A stretch of 64,000 nucleotides of DNA from Fidelibacterota bacterium (GTDB lineage: Bacteria > Fidelibacterota > UBA8477 > JABMPR01), in the NCBI GenBank assembly GCA_021734255.1, contig JAIPJM010000004.1, positions 65,345 to 129,344 of the forward strand, written 5' to 3'. Made by a program: the position numbers and the translations under genes. This document shows positions 42,040-50,492 of the stretch, in pieces; position 1 is the stretch's first letter; every line of letters starts with the position of its first letter. Below the pieces are notes generated by a model. That model saw only the letters and a list, made by a program, of their open reading frames with translations, had not been told where the DNA came from and searched no databases.

Positions 42040-42564
42040 TTATTGGCAATTCCCTACAAATCGGATGTTGTGTAGAACGTATGAACCAGGCTCATCTGGA
42101 TTCGATCGAACGGCTACCTTCAGTCTGAGTTTAAGTTTATTCACCCATCCTCCGATGTTGGTCAGGTCTTCGTCATAGATCTCTGTCCAGCTCTGGCTCA
42201 ATGGATGGCGCACCAGGACGATCACGTCTCCCGCTACCCAGGAATCTGTGGTCGGCAAATTATGCATGGAGTTATACTTCACAAAGATCGAATCGCAGTC
42301 AGTGAGAACAACTGGATCGTTTAAGTCAAGATAGACAGTATCAGGTCTGGCCAGTGGGGGATTATCTTCATCAAAGGAGAAAACAAATCCCAGTGTGGTA
42401 TCCACCATAGTTGTGGTCACTCGACCATCAACGGTCCATTCCAATGAATCAGTACTGACAAAGATGATATCGTCTGGCATGGCGAGTAGACTGTTTGTAA
42501 ATGCCAGGATACCCACGATCAGGCTGGATATCTTCAATGTCGAACGAAGCTTGTTAAAGGTCAT
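42040..42564 (-). CDS. Secreted hypothetical protein, co-oriented with the PilX-like gene.
   Basis: Sec-type signal peptide (LKISSLIVGILAFTNSLLA). No recognisable domain. Confidence 0.4.
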   Translation of the reverse strand: MTFNKLRSTLKISSLIVGILAFTNSLLAMPDDIIFVSTDSLEWTVDGRVTTTMVDTTLGFVFSFDEDNPPLARPDTVYLDLNDPVVLTDCDSIFVKYNSMHNLPTTDSWVAGDVIVLVRHPLSQSWTEIYDEDLTNIGGWVNKLKLRLKVAVRSNPDEPGSYVLHNIRFVGNCQ

Positions 42565-42845
42565 CTTTTACCTCCTGCTATTGCCGGATGTACGGCGTGT
42601 TTAATAATTGGTACAAGCCAGCATCTGCAGAGGCTTGAATACCATGCAAACAACTTAAATTCATCCCGACACCGACTACATTCTCCCAAATCTAATGTTC
42701 GCTTGTTGGGCATCCAAGGTCGGAATATCGGTGGAGTCTGTGAGTTGTCCTCCATCACATGAAAGATTTCAAAAGTTTTTGATGGAAATTTTCACCACGG
42801 AGGTAATATTATGGTTCACCTTGATTTACGGATGGAGAATGATCG

Positions 42846-43361
42846 ATGAACAGGATTTTAATAACCACATTAATACTTGTCGCCAGTATGGGAAATGCGA
42901 AGGCTATGGACCTGACTGGAAAACCAGCACCAGACTTCACGCTGAAAGATGAAGAAGGAATAGCACATACCCTCTCAGATTACCTGGGACAAGATGTCGT
43001 TGTATATTTCTATCCCAAAGACGATACCCCTGGCTGAATTAAAGAGGCCTGTAGTATACGGGATGATTATGAGTCATATTCAGAAAAAAATATCAAGGTA
43101 TTTGGGATCAGTTATGATAGCATTGAATCACATCGCAAATTCAAAGAGAAGCATCAGCTGTCATTCACATTGCTGTCCGACTCGGACAAACAGGTCAGTA
43201 GGTTATATGGCACTTATGGCTGGGTCGTAGCAAAACGAAAGACCTTTCTCATTAACAAGGAGGGTGTGATATTCAAAGTGTATGAGTCGGTGGATGTGAA
43301 TAGCCACGGAAGTGAGATTTTGGAAGATTTTGAGGATTATTATGAGACTGATAAACCGTAA
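42846..43361 (+). CDS. bcp: Bcp-type peroxiredoxin (AhpC/TSA family) with in-frame TGA at the peroxidatic Cys position. Candidate selenoprotein, or a nonsense pseudogene.
   Basis: The reading frame is continuous across TGA at 43035-43037: FYPKDDTPG-[TGA]-IKEACSIRDDYE...LLSDSDKQVSRLYG...KKTFLINKEGVIFKVY, colinear with Bcp (FYPKDDTPGCTxEAC). A small hairpin (ccugua-gua-uacggg) lies 13 nt downstream. The ORF track splits this into 42846..43037 and 43170..43361. Confidence 0.6.
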
Positions 43362-43821
43362 GAAAATATTAATCGCCCTGCTACTGGTCACAGGAGTTGG
43401 ATTTGCCGAGGATGCAGACCCCGTTATTCTTGACCTGAAAGTACCGCTGGCTGAATCTGCCGATCTATTGCCGGCTAAATTGGGTGCCAGTGTTTATCTC
43501 ATACAGTCAGATTGGGCACGTGTGTCTGAAATAGGGGAAGATGCTGCCATCTGGCTGAGGAACTATGATCGGAAGAAGAATATCATTCTGCAGCAGGTCA
43601 TCTCACTTACCCTGGAGATCAGGGAACCTTCTAATTTGCGGAGAGGCAACCTAATAGCAGAGAAGGACGTGGTGGTGCGCTATTGGCCTTCAAAAAATGA
43701 TGCTGGAGACTCAGAATTCAGAATTGTGCAGGATCTGGAAGAACTCTCCCATGAATTAAAGGTGGAAGCCTACCATCTGGGTAGAGAGATAGAGGCAATT
43801 CTTAGGTCTCATTTCAAATAG
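43342..43821 (+). CDS. Secreted hypothetical protein.
   Basis: Signal peptide MRLINRKKILIALLLVTGVGFA. Start at 43342 preferred over 43312. Confidence 0.4.
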   Translation: MRLINRKKILIALLLVTGVGFAEDADPVILDLKVPLAESADLLPAKLGASVYLIQSDWARVSEIGEDAAIWLRNYDRKKNIILQQVISLTLEIREPSNLRRGNLIAEKDVVVRYWPSKNDAGDSEFRIVQDLEELSHELKVEAYHLGREIEAILRSHFK

Positions 43822-43825
43822 TCAC

Positions 43826-44440
43826 TCACGCGTGTGGGGGATAAAAAAGGTATTCAAACTCTCGGAGTTTCTGCCGTCGTTTCACTGTCTCTGCCTGACC
43901 GAGAATATCATATAAAATACGCCAGAATTGACGGCTGTGATTTTTTTCACGGGTGTGGGCAAGCTCGTGGAGTAGCACATAATCCCTGAGGTCATCCGGG
44001 AGATGGAACAAATTTTTATTCAGACTGATATTATTCCTGGCTGAGCAGGAGCCCCAGCGGCTCCGTTGGTTCCTGAAACTGAGTGTGTTGTATTCAAATC
44101 CGTGGACAGTTGCTAATTGTTCGATCCTTGTACTAAGCCCATCACGAACGGTTTTTTCCTCTAGGGATTTGATCGTGGGGAAAAAAGCCAGGGACCGTTC
44201 TTCTATCTGCTTTGAGCGCTGGAGTGCTTTGCTGATCCATTCGGTTTTGCCCTCGACAAAGTTTTGAACAGACGCCGGGGAACTTCTCCCCGGAAAGGAA
44301 ACCATAACACCCTGGAAGGGGATGACCTGAAGATGCATCCGCTTGAGCTTTGGCTTACGAGCGTAGTGAATCTGACCGAAGCGCGGGTGGGTTTCTGTCC
44401 ATAAGTCAGTTCGGGGTTCAGTTCGGGAGAATATTTTCAT
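43826..44440 (-). CDS. YgjP-like (DUF45 / M48-like) zinc metallohydrolase.
   Basis: C-terminal HELAHTREKNHSRQFW (HExxH) in the YgjP-like arrangement. Confidence 0.6.
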   Translation of the reverse strand: MKIFSRTEPRTDLWTETHPRFGQIHYARKPKLKRMHLQVIPFQGVMVSFPGRSSPASVQNFVEGKTEWISKALQRSKQIEERSLAFFPTIKSLEEKTVRDGLSTRIEQLATVHGFEYNTLSFRNQRSRWGSCSARNNISLNKNLFHLPDDLRDYVLLHELAHTREKNHSRQFWRILYDILGQAETVKRRQKLREFEYLFYPPHA

Positions 44441-45962
44441 TCAGCTGTGTGAGTTGGCGAGTCTTGTTGATGAGCGCGGGGTAACTGAGCTTCAGTATAG
44501 CAGCCATCCGTTGCTTGTTGTAGCCATATTTTTCATAGAGATAGTGCATGATCTCCCGTTCGAAGATAGCGTTGATCTCTGTCCAACTTAATTCTTGCTT
44601 GTTGTCAATGTAATCCTGGATAGCATCGATCTTATCCTCGGGTTTTACACCACTTTTCGGAAGTAAATATCCGCGTTCGACGAGTCGAGACTGGAGTGAA
44701 TAAAGGGTGGTGGCCGGCATGTTCATTTTTTTCGCCATTTTTTTACTGTTGAGTGAATCGCCTGAATGGTACAGGATCAGCTGATGTTGGAAGATATCCT
44801 TGATCTGCTTCCAGCTCTTACCTTCTGCAAAGGAGAAGCGGTTTGGAGACGTTGTGGTTGAACCAGTGGATCTCTTTTTCGTTTTTAATATGTTGAGATA
44901 GGCATCAACAACCTGCTTCCGTTCAACGGTTAGACTGATCCCGTGCTCGGCGTATCTGATGGCGTGCTCATACCCGATCTGGTAGTAATGCTCTGCCTGA
45001 TCCAGATCTTTGTAATGCTTCTCAAATTGTTCACCCAGATACAGGGTTTCATCAGGAACCATGGTGACATGGTCAAGCTGAGTCGTGATCTTCAGGGCGT
45101 CTTTAACCAGGGAAATGGCCTGCTCTCGATTGCCATCCTTTTCCTCCATAACGGCCAGAATCTCATTAACGATGGCCTGGTGAACATCATCGGGTCCTTC
45201 GATCTCCACCTGCTCCAACAATTGACGCGCTCGGTCATGCTCTCCCCAGGTCCGTGCAGACACGGCTTGAGAAATGATGACTTGTTTATGCAGGAGCGCC
45301 AAGTTGTTTTCCTCGGCCATTTTAAGCGCTTTGGATGTGTAACTCTTGCTATCAGAATTAAGCCCTCTTTGTCTAGCATAAATACCAGCCATTCGCCACC
45401 CCATACACGCAAGAGGAGTTAAGCTGGCAATCTCTACCTTTTCCAATGCTTGAATAAATCTATCGAGGTTTTTTGAAAGGTACACCACTTCCAATCTTCT
45501 TTGCAAGAGAGTTGTGGCTAATAGAAAATTATCATTCTTTGTTAATTCATGGCTTGTGACACAAGATGCATAGGCATCGCTAAAATTTTTTATTTTTGTC
45601 TCTAAGACAGCCTTCTCATAATGAAAAAATGCTTTTACTTCCAAAAAGGAAGATTTGTCAGGGAAGAGATGTTGGTGTTCCTCGATCCTAAAGAGGATGT
45701 CGGCAAATGCTTTGTGACTTGAAAATACTTTTCCTTGAACAGACTCAAATTTTGCTCTTCCAACCATCACAAGTGATTCCTGCCAGGAATCTTGAGTAAT
45801 TGAGCCCAACTTTCTATAAAGATTTATGAGGAAATTTTTATCAGCTAGTGAAATAAAACTGAAAAACTCCCACAGACGATCAGAGTAATCCCTTGTTTCG
45901 GGTCTGAAAACCTCTAGGGCTGAATTGTTTTGAAAAACCTTGTCATTTAGATCGATATTCAC
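44418..45962 (-). CDS. TPR-like repeat protein with two C-terminal Fis-type HTH motifs (putative transcriptional regulator, paralog A).
   Basis: Helical-repeat N-terminal region. C-terminus carries two HTH-like segments (MAKKMNMPATTLYSLQSRL; MAAILKLSYPALINKTRQL). Paralogous to 47216..48709 (shared ...YYxIG...AEHG..L..ERKQVV... block). Confidence 0.5.
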   Translation of the reverse strand: MNIDLNDKVFQNNSALEVFRPETRDYSDRLWEFFSFISLADKNFLINLYRKLGSITQDSWQESLVMVGRAKFESVQGKVFSSHKAFADILFRIEEHQHLFPDKSSFLEVKAFFHYEKAVLETKIKNFSDAYASCVTSHELTKNDNFLLATTLLQRRLEVVYLSKNLDRFIQALEKVEIASLTPLACMGWRMAGIYARQRGLNSDSKSYTSKALKMAEENNLALLHKQVIISQAVSARTWGEHDRARQLLEQVEIEGPDDVHQAIVNEILAVMEEKDGNREQAISLVKDALKITTQLDHVTMVPDETLYLGEQFEKHYKDLDQAEHYYQIGYEHAIRYAEHGISLTVERKQVVDAYLNILKTKKRSTGSTTTSPNRFSFAEGKSWKQIKDIFQHQLILYHSGDSLNSKKMAKKMNMPATTLYSLQSRLVERGYLLPKSGVKPEDKIDAIQDYIDNKQELSWTEINAIFEREIMHYLYEKYGYNKQRMAAILKLSYPALINKTRQLTQLNENILPN

Positions 45963-46043
45963 AGAGAATAAATTAATCCCAGAAAGGAAAGGATACGATA
46001 ATTATTATGGAATATTAGAGAAAAAGTAATCTAAAGGGGCGGA

Positions 46044-46409
46044 CTAGTCTTGCGCTTTGGGGAGTGAGTAACCTGATTGGAGATATTTGCTGGGGATGCG
46101 GGCAATGAGCTGATCCAGCTCATCTTTCTCAATGATCTCACATTCCAGAGTTCTGCCAACGATCTTCTTCTCCAGTTCCAGCTTGGCCAGAATTCCTGAT
46201 AGGGTGGAGGGTGCTGGCTTATCCATCCCGTAGATACGAATGATCTCCTGGCGTTTGTCAGCCCCGCCATTGATACTCATTTCGAAGGTATTTCCGTCCA
46301 CGATACTGGTGACCAGACCCTTAATATGGGTTAGTTCCTGGCTTTTGCCGTTGGTCTTTTCACCTGATTCAGGGGGCACCTGTTGCTTATTTGTATCGAC
46401 AATTCGCAT
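46044..46409 (-). CDS. Small SNase-like (thermonuclease-fold) protein, possibly degenerate.
   Basis: IVDGNTFEMSINGG...IRIYGMDKPA resembles the staphylococcal-nuclease motif V.DGDT...R..GID.PE. Only 121 aa, so catalytic completeness is uncertain. Confidence 0.3.
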   Translation of the reverse strand: MRIVDTNKQQVPPESGEKTNGKSQELTHIKGLVTSIVDGNTFEMSINGGADKRQEIIRIYGMDKPAPSTLSGILAKLELEKKIVGRTLECEIIEKDELDQLIARIPSKYLQSGYSLPKAQD

Positions 46410-46603
46410 CTGGTTCCCAGGCTTATAGGTGAAATTGAAAAGTGCTTGTATGATGACTAGTTGCTTTCATTCCGAACTTAATCTAGTCCATCATTTTCCA
46501 TCTTGCAATAAAATTATTTATAATATATAAAAAATATTATACATCTGTTCATTTTTTAATTATATTGGCCTCGGAGGATATTATAATCGGAGGAAAAGTT
46601 ATC

Positions 46604-47161
46604 ATGAGAATTTTAGCAATTATCCTGTTAAGTCTGGTTCTGTTTATCGGTTGTGAGAGCCCGGTAGAAACGGAAAATGATCAAAACCTTTACAAGGGGG
46701 AAACTGTAGAGCTGGGGAAAGCACCTTTTCTCCTAAACACAAGCCTGGCAAAAAAGAGTGACGGCGTCGTCGTTATTTCTGAAAATACGTCTGATGGAAC
46801 CGTCTTCGGCTTACAGGCAGATGCTGCCGTTTATGACGCTGAAGGTGGAGAGGTCCTACCCACTGAAACCTGGATCGGAAATCAGTTCGATGAGCCAGTC
46901 GAGGTCATACTTGGATCATCTCTGGTTCTTACCTTTGATGAACCCACGCTGGTCACTCTACTGGATGCCAATCAGGTATCCTATATAAATGAGAACGGCG
47001 AGTTGCAAAAATTTAATGGTAGTGGTGTCATCACAGCTACTCAGATATTTACCGCGAAGGTATGGTCAGAGGGGCTTGGGAAGAGCAGTAGCAATAGCTC
47101 AACGACCATCATCACCAATGCAACATTTGGTATTGGTGGAGACGGTGGAGAAAACGGCTAA
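46604..47161 (+). CDS. Hypothetical lipoprotein.
   Basis: SD ggagga upstream of ATG 46604. Lipobox LFIGC. Upstream is an AT-rich promoter-like region. Confidence 0.45.
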   Translation: MRILAIILLSLVLFIGCESPVETENDQNLYKGETVELGKAPFLLNTSLAKKSDGVVVISENTSDGTVFGLQADAAVYDAEGGEVLPTETWIGNQFDEPVEVILGSSLVLTFDEPTLVTLLDANQVSYINENGELQKFNGSGVITATQIFTAKVWSEGLGKSSSNSSTTIITNATFGIGGDGGENG

Positions 47162-47215
47162 GGGCTAAAATCAATAAGACAAGAAATCAAATATATATAA
47201 ATAGCTAAAACCAGA

Positions 47216-48709
47216 ATGAATAATCAACTAGTTCCCAAAAGAAACACCAATGAATGGCTTGAGTTCATAAGCCAGATGGGGCTGGTCAGACTAGACGAAG
47301 CAAGGGATGTATTTTTTACTGGTGATTATTCAAACTTATCCAGTCTAAGCCAAAAAGCTCTTTTTACAGCTGGAAAGGGAAAAATTCTTTCCATTGAAGG
47401 TAATATACTTGGCTCAAAAATGACCCTCGATGAAGCGAGAGCTCTTGCCGAAGATAGAAACGCTGAAAATGGGTATCCATTACAAGATGAGATACTTTCC
47501 TATGTCCACTATGAACAAGCCACATTAATTTTAAAGCTAAAAGAACTGTTCCAGGGGATAAGTTTACTTCGGTCAGCACGAAGATTGGTTGAATCAGAAT
47601 CACTGACCTCCATTATCGATTATAGGGTTGCAATTGAGCAATTACTAAATGGAACAGGCAGTTCTCTCCAAGAGATTCAAAACTGGATTACATACTTTAA
47701 TGAACATGATATGCAGGTGATGTATAATCTAGCTTTGCGTAATCTATCCCAATTCCACAGAGAAATCGAGGATTTTGAAATAGCAATTTCTCTATTAGAC
47801 CAGGCACTCGACCATGCAGTTCAATTGGACCTTCCCTTTCTCGCTGAACAGGTGAAGAACTCCCAAGGATATCTGCTGTACAGCATGGGTGAAAATAGTA
47901 ATGCCAGAAAAATATTTGAGAGTCTACTCCAGGGGACCTACAGCAAGTACCTGAAATCAACCATATTCGAGAACCTTACCCTGACGTACTACGATGAAGG
48001 TAAAATTGAAGAAGCTGCTGAGACCATCGACCAGGCCATAAGCCATAGCAAGAAATATGACATTCTCTCCCTGCTGGCTGAAGAATGTCTGTTCATGGGT
48101 GATCTGCAGCGGGATCAGCTCAAGCAGCCCGAGCTGGCAACACATTATTATGAGATCGGTTCCTCGGCTGCCTTGAAATTAGCAGAACACGGGTTTCGCC
48201 TCGAAGGTGAAAGAAAGCAAGTCGTCGAACGCTTCCAGAACAGACCCAAGGTCGGGTATAGCTTGCCTGAGACCCTTGGACCACAGGTCGAACCATTTGC
48301 CTTTAGCTCTGGATTGAAATGGAAAGAGATCAATGACATCTTTCAGGCTAAACTGTTTGACGCACATCTGAATACCGGACATCAGATCTCTGAACTACCG
48401 GAAAAGCTGGATCTAAAGTCCAGTACCTACTATGCCATCAAGCGTCGCCTATCTCAGCATGGCTATGATCTCTCTACACCAGAATCATCCTTACCTGTTC
48501 ATATTAGTAAGCGCCATCTGCAAGCCCTGGATCAGTATGTTGGCAGTTTGCTTGAACTATCCTGGGCAGAAGCAAATCAACAATTTGAAAAAGAGGTCAT
48601 GGAATATCTCTTTAAGCAGGTTGGATATCAGAAAGTCCGTCTCGCACGGGAACTGGAAGTTAGCTACCCAACCATCCTGCAGAAAACAAAAGCATTGAAT
48701 CAGGTATAG
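47216..48709 (+). CDS. TPR-like repeat protein with two C-terminal HTH motifs (putative regulator, paralog B).
   Basis: Same architecture as 44418..45962. C-terminal HTHs (SSTYYAIKRRL; LARELEVSYPTILQKTKAL). Confidence 0.5.
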   Translation: MNNQLVPKRNTNEWLEFISQMGLVRLDEARDVFFTGDYSNLSSLSQKALFTAGKGKILSIEGNILGSKMTLDEARALAEDRNAENGYPLQDEILSYVHYEQATLILKLKELFQGISLLRSARRLVESESLTSIIDYRVAIEQLLNGTGSSLQEIQNWITYFNEHDMQVMYNLALRNLSQFHREIEDFEIAISLLDQALDHAVQLDLPFLAEQVKNSQGYLLYSMGENSNARKIFESLLQGTYSKYLKSTIFENLTLTYYDEGKIEEAAETIDQAISHSKKYDILSLLAEECLFMGDLQRDQLKQPELATHYYEIGSSAALKLAEHGFRLEGERKQVVERFQNRPKVGYSLPETLGPQVEPFAFSSGLKWKEINDIFQAKLFDAHLNTGHQISELPEKLDLKSSTYYAIKRRLSQHGYDLSTPESSLPVHISKRHLQALDQYVGSLLELSWAEANQQFEKEVMEYLFKQVGYQKVRLARELEVSYPTILQKTKALNQV

Positions 48710-48748
48710 TATCCGTATTTGTAGATCATCCTGTTCAATACAGAACTT

Positions 48749-48758
48749 CCCCCCCCCC
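48749..48758. repeat. Homopolymeric C10 tract between regulator paralog B and the response-regulator/pilD operon.
   Basis: The sequence cttCCCCCCCCCCga was read directly. Confidence 0.6.
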
Positions 48759-48767
48759 GATCCTCCA

Positions 48768-48799
48768 GAGCCCCAATTCCCTTGGGGCTCACTCTTTTT
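48768..48799 (+). terminator. Rho-independent terminator.
   Basis: GAGCCCC-aauucccuu-GGGGCUC followed by ACUCUUUUU. Confidence 0.6.
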
Positions 48800-48907
48800 A
48801 GTAAGCTATGCTTATAGAATTGTTATCCGTTTTCGATTATCTTAATCCATATTTGGTGGAAACTTTTCACCTCTTATGGGAATCGATCACTGCTAGAGGG
48901 TAACGCA

Positions 48908-49273
48908 ATGTCTCAGATACGAATCCTCATCGTCGACGACGAGAAATTCTTTATTGAACCAGTCAAACGCCTCCTGGAGGGGCAGGACTATGCAGTTGAC
49001 GTAGCAAATGATGGTATCTCAGGACTTGCCATGGCCCGGCAGAAACAGCCCGATCTCATTATGCTTGATCTCATGCTACCCGGTATGAATGGATACCAGG
49101 TTTGTCGACTCCTGAAATTCGAAGAGCAGTTGAAGCATACCCCGGTCATCATTGTTACTGCCAAAGACAGTGAGCGGGATCGGGAAATAGCAGAAGAAAG
49201 CGGCGCAGCGCTCTATCTGGTCAAACCGCTAAACTACCAAACCTTCCCATCCCAGATCGAATCGCTCCTGTGA
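48908..49273 (+). CDS. Single-domain response regulator (CheY/PilH-like).
   Basis: REC domain (ILIVDDE...DLIMLDLMLPGMNG...VIIVTAK). 121 aa, no output domain. Immediately upstream of pilD. Confidence 0.8.
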   Translation: MSQIRILIVDDEKFFIEPVKRLLEGQDYAVDVANDGISGLAMARQKQPDLIMLDLMLPGMNGYQVCRLLKFEEQLKHTPVIIVTAKDSERDREIAEESGAALYLVKPLNYQTFPSQIESLL

Positions 49274-49283
49274 TCAGTTCTCT

Positions 49284-50051
49284 ATGACCGCTTTCTTTAC
49301 TATTGTCTTCGGCCTCCTCATTGGAAGCTTTCTGAATGTGGTGATTTATCGATTCCCAAAGGGGGAGTCCGTAGCCTTCCCCGCATCACACTGCCCCAGC
49401 TGTGGTCACCCCATCCGACCCTGGGAGAATATTCCCGTCCTCAGCTACATCTTTTTGCGAGGCAGATGCTCCGCCTGTAGAGCAAGGATCTCGCTCCGCT
49501 ATCCACTCGTTGAGTCATTGACCGGTCTGCTGTTCTATTCCAGCTATATCCGCTATGGTCTAAGCTTGGATCTGGTGGTATTCGCCCTTTTCGGTGCATT
49601 GCTCATCGCCATTGCCTTCATCGATATGGACCATTTGATCATTCCAGATTCCATGGTCATCATAGGTTTAATACCGGGATTCTATCTTCTGTATACCCAG
49701 GGGGGTGAAACATTAATACCACAACTCTATGGTCTGCTTGGGTTGGGAATGGCTTTCTGGACTATTCGCTTTTTTGGTGAAAAAGTGTTCAAACGGGAGG
49801 CGATGGGGCTTGGTGATGTGAAATTTGCAGCCATGGCAGGCTGGGTCCAGGGCTGGGATGTCGGTATCGTCTCCATGTTCCTGGCATTTCTCAGCGCGAC
49901 CCTCATGATGACCGTGCTCATGCCCCTGGGAATAATCGATCGCAAACAACAGGTACCCTTTGGTCCCTTTATCTGCCTAGGTATTTGGTTGGGTCAGTTG
50001 TGGGGCAGGGAGATCATTGACTGGTACCTCTCCCTTTTCATGGGGTTCTAG
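49284..50051 (+). CDS. pilD: Prepilin peptidase PilD (A24 family).
   Basis: N-terminal GSFLNVVIYR and the zinc-binding tetracysteine CPSCGH...RGRCSACRARIS. Polytopic membrane protein with catalytic-Asp-containing loops (IDMDHLIIPD). Confidence 0.85.
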   Translation: MTAFFTIVFGLLIGSFLNVVIYRFPKGESVAFPASHCPSCGHPIRPWENIPVLSYIFLRGRCSACRARISLRYPLVESLTGLLFYSSYIRYGLSLDLVVFALFGALLIAIAFIDMDHLIIPDSMVIIGLIPGFYLLYTQGGETLIPQLYGLLGLGMAFWTIRFFGEKVFKREAMGLGDVKFAAMAGWVQGWDVGIVSMFLAFLSATLMMTVLMPLGIIDRKQQVPFGPFICLGIWLGQLWGREIIDWYLSLFMGF

Positions 50052-50350
50052 CTGCCAGATCGTTCCTCAAGGGCTGTATCAATAATAGACTCGATCTGGT
50101 TCAACTGATCCGGAATATTCTCATATTTTTCTGCGTTTATCTCGCTACAGATATCTGCTCCCAACTGACTTAGATTCTCAAATCCATAGCTGGTACCCGT
50201 CCCCTTGATATTGTGGGCGAATTTGTACACTTTGTCATACCCGGCATTCTCAAAGTGTTGCCGAGTCTCAGGAAAAAGTGCTTTTAAATATTCCAAGTAC
50301 TCTTTGATCAGCGCCTGAAATTCCGGGGACTGCATGAAATCTTGACTCAT
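50048..50350 (-). CDS. Hpt (histidine phosphotransfer) domain protein.
   Basis: YKFAHNIKGTGTSYGF contains the Hpt HxxKG motif. 100 aa. Convergent with pilD. Confidence 0.6.
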   Translation of the reverse strand: MSQDFMQSPEFQALIKEYLEYLKALFPETRQHFENAGYDKVYKFAHNIKGTGTSYGFENLSQLGADICSEINAEKYENIPDQLNQIESIIDTALEERSGS

Positions 50351-50492
50351 TGGATCGATCCTCTCATGGTTAGCATGAAAATGAGCAAAACAATAATCTT
50401 ATGAGCAGTTAATTACAAGCCCTGATTTAACCACCTGTTTGATTAAATCTCCTATTTAGGGCAGTTTCTCCTTTGTATGAGACCCATTTTAT

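Noticed and set aside
42846-43361. Reading the peroxiredoxin as two separate ORFs (42846..43037 and 43170..43361) or as a frameshifted pseudogene.
   Set aside because: There is no frameshift. A single TGA sits exactly at the conserved peroxidatic Cys codon and conservation continues immediately after it. Sec recoding explains this more parsimoniously, although a true nonsense pseudogene cannot be excluded without SECIS and sel-gene evidence.
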